Shown: positions 26,623 through 41,054, numbered from the stretch's first letter. The stretch: DNA of 64,000 nt from Amoeboaphelidium protococcarum X5 (GCA_023515725.1 JALDTO010000098.1:28615-92614), one strand, 5' to 3'. Program-made: numbers and translations. Notes: generated by a model not told the origin, from the sequence alone.

Positions 26623-29600
26623 TCAAACAGCCATAAAAGACTACATCGCAAATTAACGCACAATACCAAGTCTTTTACCGCTGGTAATGTTAGATGTCGT
26701 GATAGCAGATTGCAAATCTCCCAACAGCTGACCATTTTGACCAAATTGTGCATCTTCTACCATCTGATCCAATAATATCATAATATCATCAACCACAGCG
26801 TCGGACATGAAGCGAAGAGCACCAGCAACATTCAAATCAGACTAAGATTTCAACAATGAACACGTCTTGTTAAGATCACCTAAAAGATCCACGCATTATG
26901 CCATATCAGATGACTTTCTGTTGTAATACTTTTAAACCAACTGCAACTGTTTGTCTTGACCAGCTTTTAAACAGGACTTGTCCTTCAACAATAATTAAGG
27001 AATAACTCTCTGCAAGAATTGCTAACAATTGGACAATATTAATCTCCACAAATATCCCTTTTCAAATAAATAATCAGCGCACATTTACCAATTGCCAGCT
27101 TTAACATAATGAACAAGTGCAAGCAGGAAGTTCTAATTCAATTCCGCATTACACGCAGTCAGCGTATAGAGATATTTCCCATCAATGTTGAGGGATTTAA
27201 AAATTAACGACAACTCAGGATCATCTTCCACAATATGGACACTCTAATCTTCAGAATCGCCTTCAAATGTCAACGTACTTACTGTACGATTAAAATCCTT
27301 CAAGTCCATTTAAACAGAATCAATTTAACCATTAGTAGATACTGATTAGAACGTGTAGTGCTTATTTAACAGCTTATTGATGCACAATTATCTTTCTTTA
27401 GGATCAGATATCTTGCCAGCCACATACAAAGCATACTTCCAATAGCCCATCGATTCCAGGCTCTTGACGTACAACAATGTACATTCATTTTACACTATGT
27501 TGTCTAATAACCCATCGCGATCACATTTACCAAGAACATATAACAGATGCCACAGGAAGGGAATACACTCTTTCTCGTTCATGAAAGTGCGAAATACATC
27601 TTTGTCCGCTGCAACTTGCTTCTAACTAACACTTTAATTATTTCCCATAAACTGACACAGCAGAGTCAATCTCATATCAGGTAGACTAGAATTATACAAA
27701 TCAACGTTAACTTTGGCTCCAATCTTGTTCACATGGCTCAGGAAAGCATCCATTACATCCTAAACATCTGTACCAGGGGATGAAAAATACCAAAAATACA
27801 TTGCAAACAGCAGCTACCATTTCACTTTACCACTGGACATATCATTAGAGCTGACAATAGAATCAAAATCGTTAATCAACAATTGCAGGATCTTAATGAG
27901 ATACTCTGGGGCACTTTTCTTCTATCCATCAAGGCTTTGAATCAATTTCAATTCTTTGTGCAGATCGATTTTGACATCATCCGGTAAGCCAAAGACACCA
28001 TAGACTTATCCAGAGGTGGAATGTGGCTCATCAAGTTATGAAATAATAGATGCCAAATACAAATACTAGTTATCAACAGCCACAGACACGGCTTATCCAA
28101 TTCTTCTACCGACCAATAACCAGAAAATCTTCTCATACTACTCCTCGGTGGAATTCGATAATTTCGAGCTTATAATACTATCCAGCTAATTCTGCAGCCA
28201 CAGCGACAGAGAATTACGGAAGCTGAGAGACTTTAAAGCTTTAATATCTCCAATGGTGGATAGTAACACCTACATCAAAGACCAACATTCCAACTAGAAA
28301 CGCAATTCCTTGCTCAGACCCGCTGGATTAACATCAGTCACTTGGTCAGCATCAAAGCATTTAATCAGTTGCTCCACTAATACTCCAGACTGACTTTCAC
28401 GATCATTATTTACGGTAGTTTTGAGCATATCAACCATCACATCTTCAGAAGTCAACTGACTATTATTATTATTGAGATTGATCCCACCATTCAGATCAAC
28501 ATCACCCAGGTGCTTCTTGTAAGGCGTTAAATTTCTCCTCTAACTAATCTTACCAGTTTAATCCATAGATCTATCACCATAAATAGACACATCAGGATAC
28601 AATTTTTACGCGCCATTTTAAAATGACAAATTCTCCTTCTATAGCGATTGCTGAGCACTATATTACTATTCTACCTGATATTCCTCATCTTCATCGTCGA
28701 GACCATAACGACTAAAATGCTCAACTCTGAATGTCCAAGTGCCAGTTGGTATATCGTAATTTACAAACTCTGTATTCTGCTTATTACGCAACTTGCTGAT
28801 GAACTGCTTCATTCGAGGACTATGGCTTTGCTGAGATGAATCCACACCAGAAGGAACACAGCCATACAATTAAATCTCTGCATTTTAATTCAGCCCATGA
28901 CCAACTGAGTGATTCTTCCACCAAACCTTCTGTGGGGAAGTTGAACCATTCATTGACACACCGGAAGATACAATCTATTCGGGATAAACTTCACAAGCCT
29001 TCTTGGAAAACACGACAACTTCACCAGGAATTCTAGCCAAGTAAGAGCGATTATCATTCACGATAAACTCGGTCAGATCAACAGGCACGAGCCACTTTAT
29101 ACTTCCATACATCTCGTGACTGATAGTAAAATTATGAACAGCTTTCAATTAACTCTCAGGCATTTCCAATAAAACATTCATTGAAGGAGACATTTTATAC
29201 TTGGCAGCCACCGTAAACTATTATGCGGAACCACTAAAAGACTACTAAACCTCAGTACCATTAAAATGACGCTAATTCTGAGGAGGAGAAACCGATCTAA
29301 AATCCAGCTTTCTAGCAGGAGTTGGCCAACTGGCAGAGGACATGTCAGCAGCAGAAGGGAGGATACTATGATCTTCATTTAGACTATGGTCAGCAGTGGT
29401 ATAAGCTCCAGATACGGATGATACTTGATCAACGCCACTCCATGTAACCTTCTTACGTTCAGAAGTTGGAATTCTGACTGGAGTCTCACTGACAAAAGAC
29501 GTGGACGAAGAGGATTAAACACGAGCATCAGGTCTCTTCTTCAAGATGCTATCAGTCAGACCACTACTACCATTGGATGTAAGCGGCATCACAACTACCG

Positions 29601-32205
29601 GCTTCTTTGCAATCTAAGAAGTATCCAAATGCTTAATACTCTTCTTGGCCACAAACTAATCTGCACTATATAAAGCAGATTTTACAACATTTTACTACGG
29701 CTGACTTTGAGTTTGCGACGACGACGTTGGACCAAAACCTCTAACCTTTTGCGTCGATGTAAAAGCTAAAGGACGACCCAATGAGCGCTGCGAAGTAAAC
29801 TAGAGATTGTCAACACGAGGCTTCATTACAGAGGAGGTCAATTGCTTCTTCAAATCTGCAGCCAAAAGTATCTTCTGCTCTTTCACCGGGGACTTTGGAC
29901 GTTCCCCTTATACTTTACTCTTTGGTTCCAGCAGTGATGACACTCCATACGGATTTGTATCAATCGAAGCAGTGAGCGACTATTGCTATTACTGCTGAGA
30001 TCCTTACGTTCCAGAAGTACCCCCAAAATTAAAACTAGTGGTAGACGGCTATCCAAACAACGATCCAGTCTACTAAGTGCCACCAGATGTACTTTATAAT
30101 CCCAATGTGGTACCACTACTTCCTCCAAAGTTAAATGCACCAGTAGTGGTAGTTTGCTGCGGTTACTATTAAGTGCTGGTGTTCTAATTAGATCCACCGA
30201 AATTAAATCCAAATCCAGAGCTAGAACCACCAGTCTGGCCAAAAGTATTGCCAGTCGTAGAGCCAGCTGTACTAGTAGCTCCAGTCTATTGGCCAAATCC
30301 GCTAAACAATCCTCCACCAGTCTAAGATGTACCAGTAGATCCGGCATTCGCAGCAGTGGATGATGGGAACGAGAGTAATCCTGTTGTGGATGGTTACTGC
30401 TGACCGGAGGTGCCAAGGGTGGTGGACAATCCACTACCAAATGCATTAGGCTGCTATAACTATTGCTGATTAGACTACCCAGTACCAAAGCTAAATCCAC
30501 CAAACCCACTAGATTACGCCGGCTGCTGCTATTGTTAAGACCCAGAAGGATTAAACAGTGTCAGGGAAGTAGAAGGTTATTGGGTAGAAGGTTGAGTAGT
30601 TGATGACTGCTAACCAAATCCAGTGCCAAATCCAGACCCAAAGCCACCACTTCCAGTACTTGTAGCAGGCTAAGTAGTTGTTGACCCCACACTACCAAAA
30701 GAAAATGCCGGTTTACTCGTCTACTAGGCATTCGTACCAAATCCACCAAAAGTAGAGGTAGACGGCTATGCCTAAGTGCCAAATGCACTCGTACCACCCG
30801 CACCAAATGCACTGCCAAATCCGGTAGAAGTTGTTTGTTAAGCATTGGCACCTTGCTATCCACCACCGAAAGCACTACCACCACTACTACCAAATAACCC
30901 ACCAGTTTATTATTACTATTACTACGTACCTCCAGTCTGACCAAATAGAGACGTTGTTGTTGCAGGAGCCTAAGTGCCAAAAGCACCAGTAGTTGTACCA
31001 AATCCAGAAGTTGAAGGCTGAGTTGTTAACGCAGATCCAAAACCACCAAAAGTAGATGGGGCAGTGGTAGTTGTAGTCGATACACCAAGACCAAACGCTG
31101 GTTTCTACACATTAGATTACTACTGGCCAAAGAGTCCACCAGTATTAGACGCAGCAGGTTAACCAAATGTGGACGTGGTGGTGGTCTATTGGAAGGTGGA
31201 TGTACCAGACGCGGACTTTTTACCCAACTCATAATCACGCAATCTCAACTCTTCAAAGGACCAATTTCTATACTCTGGCATAATATTGATCGACTGGAAG
31301 TGACTATTAACCACAGACTGCTGACTCTCCTTCTCCAAAGTAACCTGAAACTTGGGATTTCCAGTACCATTATTACTAACATTAGAGGTGGCTTAGGAAG
31401 TGGTACCAGTGCCACCAAAAGTACCAAATCCAGACGTGGTTGAGCTTTATTAGCCAAATCCGCCTGAGGCAGTTTAAGTTGCTCCACCAAACAGAGATCC
31501 GCCAGTATTAGTCCCCGGCTAACCAAAAGCGCTTTAAGCCTACGCAGGTGCACCAAATGCCGTACCACCAGTTCCAAATCCAGAGGTAGTCTATGGTTAC
31601 TGCTACTACTACCCAAAGAGACCAGTCGATACATTAGATGTACTTGGCTAACCAAACAACGATGTCTAAGCAGGCTGCTATTACTGAGCACCAAATGACG
31701 TTCCAAATCCACTAGACCCAGTGCCAAATAGAGATGGCTTTGCTGCTGCAGGTTACTACTAACCAAATCCACCGCTAGTTGACTGCTATTACCCAAAACC
31801 TGTGCTAGTGGTTGTTCCTTGACCAGCAGCTGGTTACCCAAAGAGCGAGGTGGTAGCAGGAGTAGTCGTCGTTGCACCAGCTGCCGGCTATCCAAATGAG
31901 GAGCCAAATCCACCGCTAGTCGTGGCGGCAGCAGGCTACTGACCCCATCCAATCTGCTGAGTAGAACCAGCAGCAGTATTCCCCGCCCCAAATGCTGGCG
32001 TACTACCAAATCCACCAGAAGTCGTATTCGTAGTATTGGCAGCTCCAAATCCAAAGGCTGGCTACTACTATTACTAAGCGGTTCCGCTTCCAAAGGTGAA
32101 TGCAGAACCTTGTTGAGGCTACTAATTCTGATTACCACCAAATAAGCCTCCACCTTACTATTACTACTGACTATTGTTACTATTATTCTGACCAAAACCA
32201 AACAT
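26623..32205 (-). CDS. NUP98: Nup98-Nup96 polyprotein (FG/GLFG repeats, GLEBS, autoprotease) (1860 aa)
   Basis: MFGFGQ start, FG repeats with TAR-coded polyQ, GLEBS YRNWSFEELRLRDY, autocleavage WTFRVEHF|SRYGL, Nup96 helical part. One frame to TGA 26623. Confidence 0.95.
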
Positions 32206-32595
32206 AATTTCCTCTTTATCAATAAATTAAAAGTCACTGTACACAATAAATGTTAAATATGACAACAAGTCAACCAAGGTGAATTGGTTCAAGGAAGAGA
32301 AAAGAGAAAACGTTTTAGGAAAGAAGAACTGGCGAAAGATACAGTAAAAAGGTGAATTTGGATCGAACAGACAGAAATGCAAGAGTGAACGGATCAATGA
32401 TTGAGAGCCAAAGCCGCAGTTAAAGAGGCATAGAGACAGACGGCGACAAGATCACCGTCACCACAATTTCACGTTCAAATAGTAGTAATCTAAACATAGA
32501 GTAAAATAATGAAAGATTGATCAATGTATACTGCTTTTATTAGAAATGATGATTTGATACACTAAAATCAATTCAAATCACCATGCGGAAACTGA

Positions 32596-34428
32596 TCATG
32601 GCAACTTCATGTTCTTCTTCAAGTGCTGCTTGTACTCTTAAATAGTACCAGACCACTTAGTCACGTTCTTGTTATCAACCACCCAAATTTCCTTGGCCAC
32701 CTGGTTAATCAGACGGAAATCGTGAGACACCAGCACCATACCACCACTGAAATTGTTGATTGCATTAGCCAGCGAGTCGATACACTCCATATCCAAGTGA
32801 TTAGTAGGCTCATCCAACAGGAGGATATGTGGATTCTCAAATGCCAAAACTGCAAACACAATTCTGGATCTCTGACCATCTGACAATGTTCCAATCTTGG
32901 CAGTCTGTACAGAACCGCTGATACCATACTTTCCCATCTACTGACGCCACCAGTCGAGTTCATGGTTCAAATGCGCGTATCTCTCTCTCATGAATTCAAG
33001 TACATTCTGATCCATGTTCAGTAACTCTTCAGTGTGCTGATTGTAAGTGGCCAACTTCAAAGAAGAATGACGACCAATTCTACCTTCGACCGGCTGAATT
33101 TTGTCAGTCATCAACTTCAAAAGAGTGGACTTGCCAACACCATTAGCTCCTACAAGAGCAACACGAGAATCCGTGTCAATAGCCAGGTTCAAGTGACGAT
33201 ACAGAGCATTCTCAATCTTTCCATCATAACTAAAGGCGACATCATCAAATGACAACACTGGAGGAGGCAACTTCTCGGCATCATTAAATTAAAAGTTAAA
33301 CTCATGATCCTTCACCACCTTCTCAATAAGACCATCGGCAACCATCTTATCCAAAATTTTTTGACGACTCTTGGCCTGCTTCACCAGATTGGCATAGGTA
33401 CCACAAGAGGCAATGAAAGCCTTAATTGCCTTGATCTCCTCCTACTACTTGTGATACATCTTCATCTGATTAGCCTCCTTCTCTGCACGAGTCTGCAGAT
33501 ACTGATCATAATTACCAGTGTAATAGACCAATTGACCACGCTGCAAGTTCATAATATGAGTACAGACGTTATTCAAAAAGTCTTGAGAGTGAGAAATCAA
33601 GACCAGAATACGGTCGTATTTACTCAAGTACTACTCCAACCACACACAGGATTCCAAATCCAAATGGTTAGTCGGTTCATCCAGCAGGAGGAGCGTAGGT
33701 TTAACAAACAGTGCTTTACCGAGAGATACACGCATTCTCCAACCACCAGACATGTCCTTGGTCTTCTTGTGCACCATCTCACCCTGGAATCCAAGACCAT
33801 ACAAGATGGCACCTGCACGAGCCTCAAAAGTGGATGGATCCATAGCGTCGATACGATCATAAATGTCATCAAGCAGCGGACACTCTGGACCTTCTTCTTC
33901 CATGATACGTTCCATCTCAGCCTCCAATCTCTTGACTTCCTTCTGAGCCTCATACACCACAGCCTCAACACCAGTCATATCAGTCTTTGGATACTCCTCA
34001 TCCACAAGGTAGATATCAACATGATCTGGGATAGGTAGCTCTCTTGCGGCGATAGACTTCAAGAGCGTAGACTTTCCAGATCCATTGTGACCCAGCAGAC
34101 CGTATCTTCTACCAACAGTAAATTCAATCGTGGTGTTTTCAATCAACTTCTTGCCGTAGAATTGCATAGAAAATTGCTCAATTTTAACATCGCGACTACT
34201 TGGGACGGACGCCAATACACCAGTTGTGGTACGCGCAATGTGGCTATTCAAAATCTCTTCCTAACTCTTCTGAGGCTGATCCAAGATACTAGCAGCAGTA
34301 GCAGAGGTATAAGCACCGCTCTTCACAGACAGCGTGGACATTGAATCAGAGATACTATCACTAGACTTTCCATTTTTTGAACCGGCAGTCTTTTTCTTCT
34401 CCTTTGCAGCCTTGGCACTTCTTCCCAT
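32596..34428 (-). CDS. ARB1: ABCF-family ATPase Arb1/ABCF2 (610 aa)
   Basis: [56 protein letters not shown] twice. Confidence 0.95.
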
Positions 34429-34752
34429 ATTTGATGACTAGAATATGAATAAATCGAAATATAAAATAAACTAAAATGTACACGGTACACAGCAACAATT
34501 ACAATAACAGAAAAAGAGAGATTGAGTGAAAGTGACTGCGAATTGATGATGAACCGAAAAGCGGAAAATTCAACAAAGCGGCCGATCGTGTCATTTCAAT
34601 CGATCTCGGAATGGAGCTATGATTGGCCCTTAAAATGACCGTTGTGTCTACTTCAAGACATGGACGGAACATTGTTTATGTTAAGAGACGCGCTAAAAAT
34701 ATGAGAGAAATTCAAATGATTGTGAAACGTTTAAATCTGTTAACTCTTTATT

Positions 34753-35853
34753 TCATTTCATTCCGTTTTAGCTATAGTTGCTCTTCAGTGGACGTGAGAA
34801 TGCTTTATCGAAGCGGATCCTGTTTGGCGATGGCGGCCGATGACGAGTTTCGGCTGCTGATTTGGGCGGTGTCAGTAAAGGAGATTCCAGTTCTAAATTA
34901 TCAAATTCTTCTTTGGACACTACAGTTTTGTTACTATTACCAACGCTGTTATACTAATCGTCGCGACTATTATAGCTATTTAGTGGTTGCATGACAGTTT
35001 ACTGAGTAATAGCGAAATCGCCCATAGTGTAGTCTTTAGTGAGCTTCTTCACCTTCTTGTTCATTGATTTAGCGTATAGACTATTCAATGGAATACCGCG
35101 CTTCAGGCCTCCTCTACTGACCAGGACAACGTACAATATTGCGGCCATTGTCTTGTTAAATAGCTCAATACAGTAAGCGGCAAATCGGAGTGACATGTAC
35201 ACAATAGCCGCCGTCTAGACTTGGTACGAAATGATTGGACGGTAGGCCATTGTTGCGCCATAGTAAGTTGTTACAGCGTACATGATGCACAGCGGAGTCT
35301 TCACCATCACGAAACGAATCCAACCATTACACGCGTAAATCAGCCATCCTAGCAGTTTCTCGGACACTGTAGACTCTTTACTAAGGAAATGCATTAGTAT
35401 AAATTTATGGATTGATGACAGTGCGGTTATTTTATACGCGTTGGTATTGGCCATAATATCTCCGATGGAGAGTTGTCGTCTAGCCAGCAGTCCTTCGCCG
35501 ATAAAATCCATACCGACCTTCAGTATCAGTATCATACTCAAACAGAAGATGACAAGATAGCGCATTGCACCACCGGGAATGGTATAGTCTTGGTCCATAT
35601 TTCCAAATTGAGAATCACCAATGCCATACTTTGGGAATAGAAATAGCAGGACCAAGACTTCAAACGCGAAAAATCCAATCTCCATCATGGTCTTTCCCAA
35701 AATCATTGTTGTATACCAAAAGATACTGGAGGCTTTGAATCTTGATTTATCAGTAATCTCACTAACACGGTCCCAGTCTAGATTTTTGAATTTAATTGGC
35801 ACTACAGAGGCCACATACGTCTCGCTCATATCTCTATCAACGTCTAGCTTCAT
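34753..35853 (-). CDS. Multi-pass membrane protein, probable Kch1/Prm6-like fungal K+ transporter family (366 aa)
   Basis: Several TM segments. The pattern GWIRFVMVKTP and AAILYVVL...NKKVKKL recalls Kch1 (GWIRLLFADGP ... ILY..L...DKRI). Family call is from memory. Confidence 0.55.
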
Positions 35854-36025
35854 TTCTGCGGTCTGACTCCTCTCTAAATAATTTTATAGATGGTAATTTT
35901 ATATCTGATGACAAGGCAAGCAAAAGAGAGATTGAAATCAAAATGACTGATGTTATATAAAACACATGAGCATTGCAACGCTATTGGACGATTCTGTGTG
36001 GTGTGTCACCTCGTGAATATTATGT

Positions 36026-36511
36026 TCAGGTGCTGCTCGTTGATGGCGGCGACTCCAAATCTACTACTTTCTATGATTTGCAACAATTCTCAAGCCAGGA
36101 GCATGTACCATCTTCATAAAATTCCTTCTTCCATATAGGAGTTTAGGCTTTCAGAGTATCGATGATGTACGTTACAGCTTCCATGGCATCAACACGGTGC
36201 GCAGATGATACGGCAATCATTACGCTCGCCTCTCCGATAGGCACAACGCCTAAGCGGTGATGAACTGCAATCGCATATATTTGAGACCATCGCTGAGCTG
36301 CTTCTTCGCAAATCTTTTATAAAGATTTTATCGCCATAGCTTCGTAGCCTTCATATTCTAAATAAGTGACTCGCTTGCCCTTGTGATGATTGCGCGTAGT
36401 CCCAATGAAAGTTGATATGGCGCCAGCTGAATTATTGGACACTTGCGATATAATTTCGATATAATTAATCTGGTTATGGGACACGCATACTCTTATGTTG
36501 GTGCCCGTCAT
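36026..36511 (-). CDS. MOCS2: Molybdopterin synthase catalytic subunit (MoaE/MOCS2B) (161 aa)
   Basis: AGAISTFIGTTRN, LEYEGYEAMA, HRLGVVPIGEASV, SAHR, PIWKKEFY. Confidence 0.93.
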
Positions 36512-36625
36512 ATTATATTTTTGTTATATTCCTAAAAAATTCAGAATGAAGCAACGTGTAATCTGTCGTAATAAATCTTTTCTCTTTATTGTCTCTTTTA
36601 TCACACTAAACATTTGAACGCCGTT

Positions 36626-37534
36626 ATGGAATTTGAAGTTTTTCGCTATATTAATTAGACACAAACTGAATGTGGTGTGTAAAATGAAGATTATTTGAGA
36701 TATGCCTAGTCCTGCACTAATAGGGTGAGAGCATTGAGAAAGCGCTTGGGCCTCATGTAAGGTACCAACAAGACGTTTGTTAAAGTCCCCGTGGAAAACA
36801 GTTTGCAAGCGTTGGCGATAGACGATAGTGATAATGAGTAATTGAAGCAACTACTAATCCTGGGAATTCTGGAATGCGAGCGCTACTGGTCTCGTGGTAT
36901 GTATATCAAGCAAGAGGTGATGAACGTACCGCGTAAACGACACGCTGCCAAGCTGAAGTTTAAGCGTGCCGGACAGTTTGCAGAGAAGCTTGCAGCGGCC
37001 TTTGATCAGGTGAAAGTGCTCAGTTAATCAACTGCCTCTGAACTCAATGTAATATTAAACGAATATGATTTAGAAGTCGCATAATTGTATTGGTGATTCG
37101 CGATTCAATGTAGGCTTATAAAACTTGGTTGGTTGCACTGGGCTTTTTCGAACATGGGAACAAGTACACTGAAGCGCTCCCTGCTCTACAATCTGCATAG
37201 TAAATTTTATCGCTTTAGCTCGGTATACTTATAACATCGTGTTGTGTGTAGAAAACTATTTGAAAAGCTTCTCTCGCGTCCTGGTATTGCATAACGCGAA
37301 CTGATGGATTTCTAGCAGAAAATTGATCAGTTATCGTCACAAATAAGGTACTCCTTGCACAAGATGGACGCGGCTGATGCAATGAATAATCTGCAAGTGG
37401 ACGAGACTGATATAGAAACTGATGAAGATGAAGATTAGACGCGCAGTACAGATGCAGAAGAATCTGGGGAAGTGTAAGAGCAAAAGCCGACGAGCATCAT
37501 TGGAAATATCTTAGGTGGATGGTGGTCTCGTTGA
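36626..37534 (+). CDS. SRP68: Short SRP68 (RNA-binding domain + C-terminal tail only), introns 37049-37113 and 37200-37251 (263 aa)
   Basis: DYLRYAQSCTNRVRALRKRL, ILECERYWSRGM.IK.E...PRKRH...KFKRA, AY..W.....FE, IRY; ends GNILGGWWSR-TGA. Confidence 0.78.
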
Positions 37535-37912
37535 TTTACTACATTGTTGCTTAATGGCGTTGTATGAAAGAGTACCATGTTCATTTTTCTATCATTTTTA
37601 AAATTGCTCTTTCATCACATGAAGCTCAAAGTCGAAGGTCGTATGAAATTGGGATCAACTTAAACTTGATGAGACTCGTGGCGTATGAAGTGCGGTTCAC
37701 TAGGTAAAAAAGTGATTTTTTCAAAACATTATTATTCGTTTCACCATCATCATTCATTGTTCAATGTAATTATTTAAAAGGCAGAGCGAAGCAGAATATT
37801 GAGCACTACTGTATAAGATTGAGTGATCTCTAAGGGATCCAACAGAGCGGTCAATTTGTACTTATAGCCCGAAAGATCAAGCATTAGCCTGGTCTTCTTA
37901 AGGGGACAGACC

Positions 37913-38326
37913 TCAAGCACTTGGAGTTGGTACAGGTCCGGCCGGCGGCCTGTAAGGCCCATATCTTTTGCGCAGATCAGTAACAATTGTATCAATCTGC
38001 TACGGATTGAATCCGATATACTTCGCCACGCGCCTTATTCCATCGTCAGACATCATGCCCCCATCCGGCCGACGATAAATTTTGTGATGATTCATTCTGA
38101 TTAGAAAGGCTTCGTCAGCCCTCAGCCAATCTATTGACCTGCTATGAGACAAGTCCATTTACGCCAACACATCATCAGGAAATAGCAGACCATCGTCATT
38201 CAAGAATTCGGGCTCAATATCTTCAGGAATCAGTCCTTAGCGCTTGATTAGGAGAGGCTCGGTTTTCGTTGGAGACGCAAGAACACCAGCGACACACGCA
38301 ATGATTGATAAGATTTGGATTTACAT
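37913..38326 (-). CDS. Small secreted protein with signal peptide and KR processing site (137 aa)
   Basis: M[TAA]IQILSIIACVAGVLASP..PLLIKR|Q...; ends in TGA. Absent from the standard-code ORF track. Confidence 0.7.
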
Positions 38327-38948
38327 TTCTAGCTTATTTTGAGATCAGACTTATTACTTCTATTTGTAATTCTTAAGGAATTAAATAAAGTAAAAGAAAA
38401 AGAAGAAAGGCAAGATCCTGGATTTATATATCTTATCCTTTGACCGGATATGTAACGCAATGTAGGATGTAACGCGGAAAGCTGATCTCACTATGGGGCA
38501 TGTAACAGCATGCGATGTTGCATGCCATAAATTGCAACGTTGAGTTACGTTGCCTAAGTAAATGTCCAACCATAATAACTTGATCAGTGTCTAGTGATCA
38601 TTTAATACTACGTTATGTAACGCATCAGATTCCACTTTTGGAGCTGCGAGACTGAGTCGATTGCAACTCCATTGATCTGATCAAAGATGCGATAAGAATA
38701 TTACTTTTACGGGCTTATAAGCGGCAAATGAAATACATCTTCAAACTCAATTTTCCTCCATGACGCAACTTTCCGTCAGAAACGTTCTTTTAAACTTCAC
38801 TCACCCGCCATAATGATCATCACATGACAGTCTGTTATTTTCTCACGGGTGATGTTTCTTTTTCTGATGATTGCCTATTGAACGTCACTGATATAACATC
38901 ACTCAAGGTGTTCTTTTAATTATTGCCTGATTTTTTCAGAATTATAAA

Positions 38949-39815
38949 ATGACTTAACTCAAAACGGGGCTGATATCGCTCCCAAATGAGATTCTGTTTC
39001 ATTTGGGAGCGTATTTAGGTGTTGAGGATTTGCGTAATTTGAGTGAGGCTTGTGGCTTTGATTTGGATCGAGTTACATTATGTCATGCTTATATTAACAC
39101 TTATGGTGTTCATGATGTAATCGAGAAGCTAGTTGAATCGTTGTGTGAGGATTAGTAACTATTTGACACAATGTAGCGCCTCTATGATATTGACTTGCAT
39201 GCGTCACAAGACTCGCTGATTGTCGTCGCGTCAGAATGCGGAAATTTGTTTGCCGTCAAATATTTTCTGAAACGTGGCTTGGACATCCACACGCAATTTG
39301 ATGCTGCTGTGCGTTATTCTGCTGCCTGTGGACACCAGGACATTGTACAATATCTGTATGATAATGGCGCGGAGATTTCAGCGTGGAATGATGAGGCATT
39401 GCGTTCTGCTGTGGACAATAATGATTTGGAAATGGTGTCTCTGCTGGTGAAATTAGGTGCAGATATACACGCTCAAGATGATTATGCCCTTCGTGCGTCT
39501 GCTGAACGTGGATAACACTTTCTGGTTGACTGGTTGTGTGACAAGGGAGCTGACTTGCGTGCATGCGATGATTATGCATTGCGTTGGTCTATCCGTAACG
39601 GGCACACTGATGTTGTCAGAATTCTGTTATCACATGGAGCTGTTGCTAAACGTGAAATGCGACAATACGCACAGTCATCAGGCAAGTTTGAGGTGCTGAA
39701 ACTGATCTGCGGCAATCATCGTTCTCGTTGGAGACATTAATAGCAATTATTTACCAACAACTTTGCATTACAAGTCAACTCTATATAATCCACCAGTATT
39801 ATTAGCAATTATTGA
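38949..39815 (+). CDS. F-box + ankyrin repeat protein (288 aa)
   Basis: LISLPNEILFHLGAYLGVEDLRNLSEAC (F-box) followed by about five ankyrin repeats (DYALRASAERG, GADIHA). Confidence 0.85.
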
Positions 39816-40003
39816 ATTTAAATGTATGATATCTTATTAAATGAAATTACCATGTTTGAACTCTTTTATTAAACTCGATGGAGTTTATCCGCATTCTTCT
39901 TCGAGATTGTTAGACTTTCTTCAATCCACGGGGAATTTGATCGCAGTATAATTAAAAATTAAGCTGAAACAATCAGATCTACACCATCAAAATACTTGAT
40001 AAA

Positions 40004-41054
40004 ATGGTGACGGCATTGCTGCAATAAGTTTTGATAAAAGCTAAAAAAGCTGTGGCTCTAGATGAGTAAGGGAATTACAAGGAGGCTCTGACCTTTTATC
40101 GTTCAGTCATTACACAGCTGGAAAGTAATGATCTCATTTAGTCCGCTATAACTGTTGCTGAGAAGTAAAAGATTAATTCGCTGGTAAGTTATTTTATAGT
40201 TGGCTAATTTCTAATGTAATATATCATTTCCCAGTTTGTAGGTGAATAATTATCAATTTCGAATCTCGCTGATATAATAAACTTATCCGCATTATTTGGA
40301 CAAGGTGCCAGACTGGACATTGGACACAGTGTCGGTAAAGAGCAGCAGTAATGCTGTAGATCTTGCCACGTCCAAAGTGGATAAGATTGCTAAAGTGTTA
40401 TATTTGATGCAATTGATTGCAGATTCAATAGTGAAAGGCGCATGGCTGAGTCCATAGTTGTACGTTTGCAGAGATGTTTGGAGTCATCGCCAGAATCTGA
40501 GCCATGGTGAACTCAAATCTTAATCAGCAGAGACAATTCTACTCTGGCTAGACAAGTTGAATGGTCTGGACCTGGATGACACGTCAGCTATGAATAAAGA
40601 ATTGGGCGAGTTTTGCCAGGTGCTGATGGGCATACGTTCGCAGTTTGCAGAGAAGATGAGCTTCATCTCTGAGAGTAAGAGTGCACGTACTATGAAGAAG
40701 TCTACCATTATGAATACACTCGCAAAGCAGGTGGATAAACTCACTGTAAATGCCGCTTAGAATATCACTAATAACAGCCAGAGTAATAATACCAACTATA
40801 AGGAGTAAGGTGAGATAAGTGATGATTATGTCCGCAACCTGTACAAACTTCTGACAGTATCCGCGTTTATGTCCATGTGGAAGCTGCATTTCAACTCTCT
40901 TCCACCTACAGACTCTGTAAAGGCAATAGGCCAACGTATTGATGAAGTTGTAGATTTTTTCAATGAGGTGCTGTGCAGGTACCTGTTGAATGATATCGCG
41001 ATATAGATTAGGGATTACACCACTAACCTGAAGAATATATTTGACGAGTATTGA
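40004..41054 (+). CDS. MIT-domain protein, intron 40184-40241 (330 aa)
   Basis: LIKAKKAVALDEQGNYKEAL..Y (MIT); GAWLSPQLYVCRDVW; frame continues to TGA 41052. Confidence 0.72.

Noticed and set aside
29883-32246. Long Leu/Val-rich ORFs (333, 208 and 146 aa) in the track
   Set aside because: Alternative-frame shadows of the NUP98 FG-repeat region.
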